Assembly (NCBI GenBank): GCA_017454625.1
Contig: JAFTCP010000116.1
Span: 2,917 to 66,916, forward strand
Direction: 5' to 3'
From: Synergistaceae bacterium
GTDB taxonomy: Bacteria; Synergistota; Synergistia; Synergistales; Aminobacteriaceae
DNA length: 64,000 bases
Part shown: piece after piece, positions 61,560 to 64,000 of the stretch
Layout: every line of letters begins with the position of its first letter
Position numbering within the stretch: position 1 is the first letter of the stretch
Made by a program: the position numbers and the translations under genes
Notes under the pieces: model-generated
What the model saw: the letters and a program-made list of their open reading frames with translations, nothing else
The model's database searches: none
What the model was told of the DNA's origin: nothing

Positions 61560-61999
61560 ATTTTGACTCTTACCTCGAAACAGGCGCGGGGTTGCTGGGG
61601 GCTTTCCTGTCGTGGTTTTTTGGCGGTCTAAATGGCGGCATACTTGTACTGGCCACGTTCATGATTATTGACCAAATTACTGGTGTCATGAAAGGCTATG
61701 TTCTTAAACGTTGGAGCAGTGATGTCGGTTTTCATGGCATCTCTAAGAAAGTCTGTATGTTTTTGTTCGTCGGCATAGCTAATATTATTGATAAAAATTT
61801 GCATATAGATTTTCTAGGACACTCTGATATTTTGAGGGACTTTGTAATATGTTTTTACGTAGCAAATGAAGGGTTGAGCATAATCGAAAATGCTATTGAA
61901 CTTGATGCGCCTGTTCCTCACGGCCTTAAAGAACATTTTATGTCATGGCGTAACAAGCAGTTAATGAGTAAAAATTCTCCAGGTGAGGAAGAAGATTAA
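61556..61999 (+). CDS. holin (Phage_holin_4_1 / TcdE-like)
   Basis: Three TM segments, with IIDQITGVMKG and NEGLSIIENAIELDAPVP motifs. Confidence 0.75.
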   Translation: MNFDSYLETGAGLLGAFLSWFFGGLNGGILVLATFMIIDQITGVMKGYVLKRWSSDVGFHGISKKVCMFLFVGIANIIDKNLHIDFLGHSDILRDFVICFYVANEGLSIIENAIELDAPVPHGLKEHFMSWRNKQLMSKNSPGEEED

Positions 62000-62111
62000 A
62001 ACTTGCCAATCGTGAAGTTTCTGCGTAAAAATCGCCTGAGATACTGACTTGCGGGAAAAATAAATCAGAGTAAACATACAGCTATTAAGACATGGAGGAG
62101 GTTTACCCGCG

Positions 62112-62366
62112 ATGAAAAATCCCGAAATTATGAACAGGAACGGCGTACCTGAAAGCCTCACGATTATGTTTCATAAGGACAATTGCAGTGTGATTGCTAT
62201 TCAGGACGCTACGGAAGAGAGCTTAACAGGGGCGGAACTTGTTGCAAACCTAAATCAATTAAGATTATTCAGCAAATTCCGCCTAGACCGTGAGACTTCA
62301 GAATATGCCCGTCTGGTAACGACAGACTGTTTCGGCGACATTCACTATTTCAAAGCATGGAAGTAA
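62112..62366 (+). CDS. hypothetical protein
   Basis: 84-aa ORF behind a GGAGGAGG RBS. Confidence 0.3.
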   Translation: MKNPEIMNRNGVPESLTIMFHKDNCSVIAIQDATEESLTGAELVANLNQLRLFSKFRLDRETSEYARLVTTDCFGDIHYFKAWK

Positions 62367-62382
62367 TACAATATCGCACAGG

Positions 62383-62766
62383 TTAAGAATTGGCCTTTTC
62401 CTGTGCAATAATTTTTTCCAGCCTGCCAATTTTCCTTGCCAGAATTTTCATGTAATACAAAATTTCCCGTTCAAGCTCCTCCTTGCTGTAATTGGCCTCA
62501 TCGAAGCCTTCCATTGTTTCCTCAAGAACCGCATCATCGGCTTTTTGCTGTTCTTTTTCAGCTTCACGCCTGCGCTGCCAGACTGCCGCGAAACCCTGCG
62601 CGCCTTTTTCGTAATTCTCAATGGTTTTTCTGGGCACAAACCACTGATGACCTACTTTAACCGCCCCTTCTAATTTTCCCTGACGGCAAAGCAGAGCTAC
62701 GGAGCTTTTGATGTAACCTAAAATCTTTGCGGCTTCTTCTGATGAAATCATATCGCTCAAATCCAT
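62383..62766 (-). CDS. excisionase-type (MerR-like) HTH DNA-binding protein
   Basis: SSEEAAKILGYIKSSVALLCRQGKLEGAVKVGHQWFVPRKTIENY is typical of the HTH_17/excisionase family. Confidence 0.55.
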   Translation of the reverse strand: MDLSDMISSEEAAKILGYIKSSVALLCRQGKLEGAVKVGHQWFVPRKTIENYEKGAQGFAAVWQRRREAEKEQQKADDAVLEETMEGFDEANYSKEELEREILYYMKILARKIGRLEKIIAQEKANS

Positions 62767-62827
62767 TTTCTAATCACCTCCATTATTTATTGGTTTATAT
62801 TTTATCATATTATCGATAAAAATATAG

Positions 62828-62904
62828 TTGTATTTTATTCTTTTAGAGTTATACTACATACATAAAGCGGAAACGCAGTAATCATCAGGAAGGAGAACAA
62901 AAAA
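62828..62904 (+). promoter_or_regulatory. promoter + conserved 5' leader, copy 1
   Basis: TTGTAT, 16-nt spacer, TATACT; then AAGCGGAAACGCAGT (GCG-GAAA-CGC hairpin) and an AGGAG RBS. Confidence 0.5.
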
Positions 62905-63258
62905 ATGAAAAAAGCATTATTCATCGAAGAGTTTGAGAGCATTATCAAGGACAGAAGCAAAGGCAACACAGCGGGAATTAACAGCACGATGTTTTCGGCG
63001 TACTGCAGGAGCAAAGAAAAAGGCAAGGAGAGGCTTGATTTCGACGACATAATCTTCGACAGCGACATTGAGCCCATCGCAGAATCAGCCCGCAGGTTCG
63101 GCCTCAAGGAATTTACAATTTCGGTGAGGCAGGGCAACCTGACGGACATTTTGGCGGCGTTTCAGGAACTCGGAATATTCATTAAAGGCACGATACAGAT
63201 TAAGAGCCGCTATACGGAGCACAACGTTATATCAGCAATTCTCATGGAGTTAGCTTAA
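62905..63258 (+). CDS. hypothetical protein
   Basis: 117-aa ORF behind a strong RBS. No motif recognised. Confidence 0.4.
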   Translation: MKKALFIEEFESIIKDRSKGNTAGINSTMFSAYCRSKEKGKERLDFDDIIFDSDIEPIAESARRFGLKEFTISVRQGNLTDILAAFQELGIFIKGTIQIKSRYTEHNVISAILMELA

Positions 63259-63275
63259 TCGGTCAGAAATTCACG

Positions 63276-63301
63276 CGGCGGTGCTTTTTCCCGCCGTTTT
63301 C
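63276..63301 (+). terminator. rho-independent terminator
   Basis: CGGCGG/CCGCCG stem followed by a T run. Confidence 0.55.
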
Positions 63302-63352
63302 TTATGCTCCAAAATCCTCCATATTTTTCATGAAAAAGAATTAAAATATTAC

Positions 63353-63429
63353 TTGCATTTTCACGTTTTAGAGTTAAGATACGTACATCAAGCGGAAACG
63401 CAGTGATAATCACAAAGGAGCAAAGAAAA
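63353..63429 (+). promoter_or_regulatory. promoter + conserved 5' leader, copy 2
   Basis: TTGCAT, 16-nt spacer, TAAGAT; then the same TTTTAGAGTTA and AAGCGGAAACGCAGT blocks as copy 1. Confidence 0.5.
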
Positions 63430-64000
63430 ATGACAGATAAGACAGCACGACAGATTGAAAACATGAAGAAGCAGACGATCGGCGTAGAAGTTGAAATGAA
63501 CAACATCAACCGGGAGAAAGCCGCGAGAACAGCCGCCGATTTCTTCAAGACCGGCAGATACGAGTTCACAGCCCCCCGCAACGGTTACGTAACTTGGAGC
63601 GCATGGGACATGCAAGGCAGAGAGTGGAAATTTCAGCGCGATGTCAGCATTGAAGGCCCGGACGATGAAAAATGCGAACTTGTTACTCCGATACTTACTT
63701 ACGGCGACATCGAAACACTGCAGGATTTACTCAGAGCGTTAAGGAAAGCCGGAGCAATGAGCAGTGCATCAAGAGGATGCGGAGTTCATATCCATATCGG
63801 ACTTAAGAGCGAAGCCGGAGACCACACAGCGCAGACGCTCACAAATCTTGCGAACATCATGGCCGCGCACGAAGAGCAGATTGGACGCGCAATTAAAATC
63901 GACGAGCGCAGGTCTGATGAATATTGTATGACAGTTTCACGTGATTTTCTGAACATGTTACACGCCGAAAAACCCAAGACTATGGATGAGCTTGCGGATG
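63430..64000 (+). CDS. amidoligase-family (Amidoligase_2) protein, 3' end outside window
   Basis: ORF I read myself: TIGVEVEMNNI ... CELVTPIL ... GCGVHIHIG. This matches my recollection of the putative amidoligase family found on mobile elements. Confidence 0.6.
   Translation, partial: MTDKTARQIENMKKQTIGVEVEMNNINREKAARTAADFFKTGRYEFTAPRNGYVTWSAWDMQGREWKFQRDVSIEGPDDEKCELVTPILTYGDIETLQDLLRALRKAGAMSSASRGCGVHIHIGLKSEAGDHTAQTLTNLANIMAAHEEQIGRAIKIDERRSDEYCMTVSRDFLNMLHAEKPKTMDELAD

Larger units (their letters stand above)
20300..62770. mobile_element. prophage (lambda-like head/packaging, P2-like contractile tail), rearranged and probably defective; ends not defined
   Basis: Contiguous phage gene content from the lysogeny module to the lysis cassette. 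The left limit is taken after folP. The right limit is uncertain because mobile-element-type genes continue to the window end. Confidence 0.8.

Overview
The first ~20 kb is ordinary chromosome. It holds the carB 3' end, a PHP histidinol phosphatase, metF plus a MetH-activation-like gene, speH, a secreted FMN/FAD reductase, a MarR/amidohydrolase/aldo-keto reductase cluster, an S9 peptidase and folP. This region also contains two decayed genes: a CocE/NonD hydrolase broken by several frameshifts, and a TRAP-like binding protein with one in-frame TAA. From ~20.3 kb to at least ~62.8 kb lies a temperate myovirus prophage with lambda-type packaging and head genes (Nu1-like, GpA, W, portal, ClpP-type protease, D, E) and P2-type tail and baseplate genes (sheath, tube, E/E', tape measure, X, D, V, PAAR, W/gp25, J, I). 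It ends with a fibre cluster, a GH108 endolysin and a holin. The main observations follow. (1) The whole ~20-kb head-to-fibre module (33.39-53.35 kb) is inverted relative to the terminase genes. The breakpoints lie inside gpW and inside a CotH-type fibre gene, and flipping the segment restores both genes in frame. (2) A diversity-generating retroelement is present: a DGR-type reverse transcriptase directly follows a fibre gene whose C-terminal lectin-like VR carries the AAY-mutagenesis signature. I could find no template repeat or Avd. (3) The prophage shows further decay scars: a sheath/tube deletion, a 58-aa DNA ligase stub fused to half an HTH gene, and no replication module or end-located integrase. 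(4) The lysogeny side carries candidate defence cargo: a membrane protein, an S1 protease and a paralogous small protein; an Abi-alpha gene; an orphan HicB; and a Cys4 HNH-like mini-protein. (5) A FimB/E-sized tyrosine recombinase and a second TerS-like gene sit in the packaging region. I recognised no rRNA, tRNA or CRISPR array. All functional calls rest on motif recognition by eye, with no searches run.
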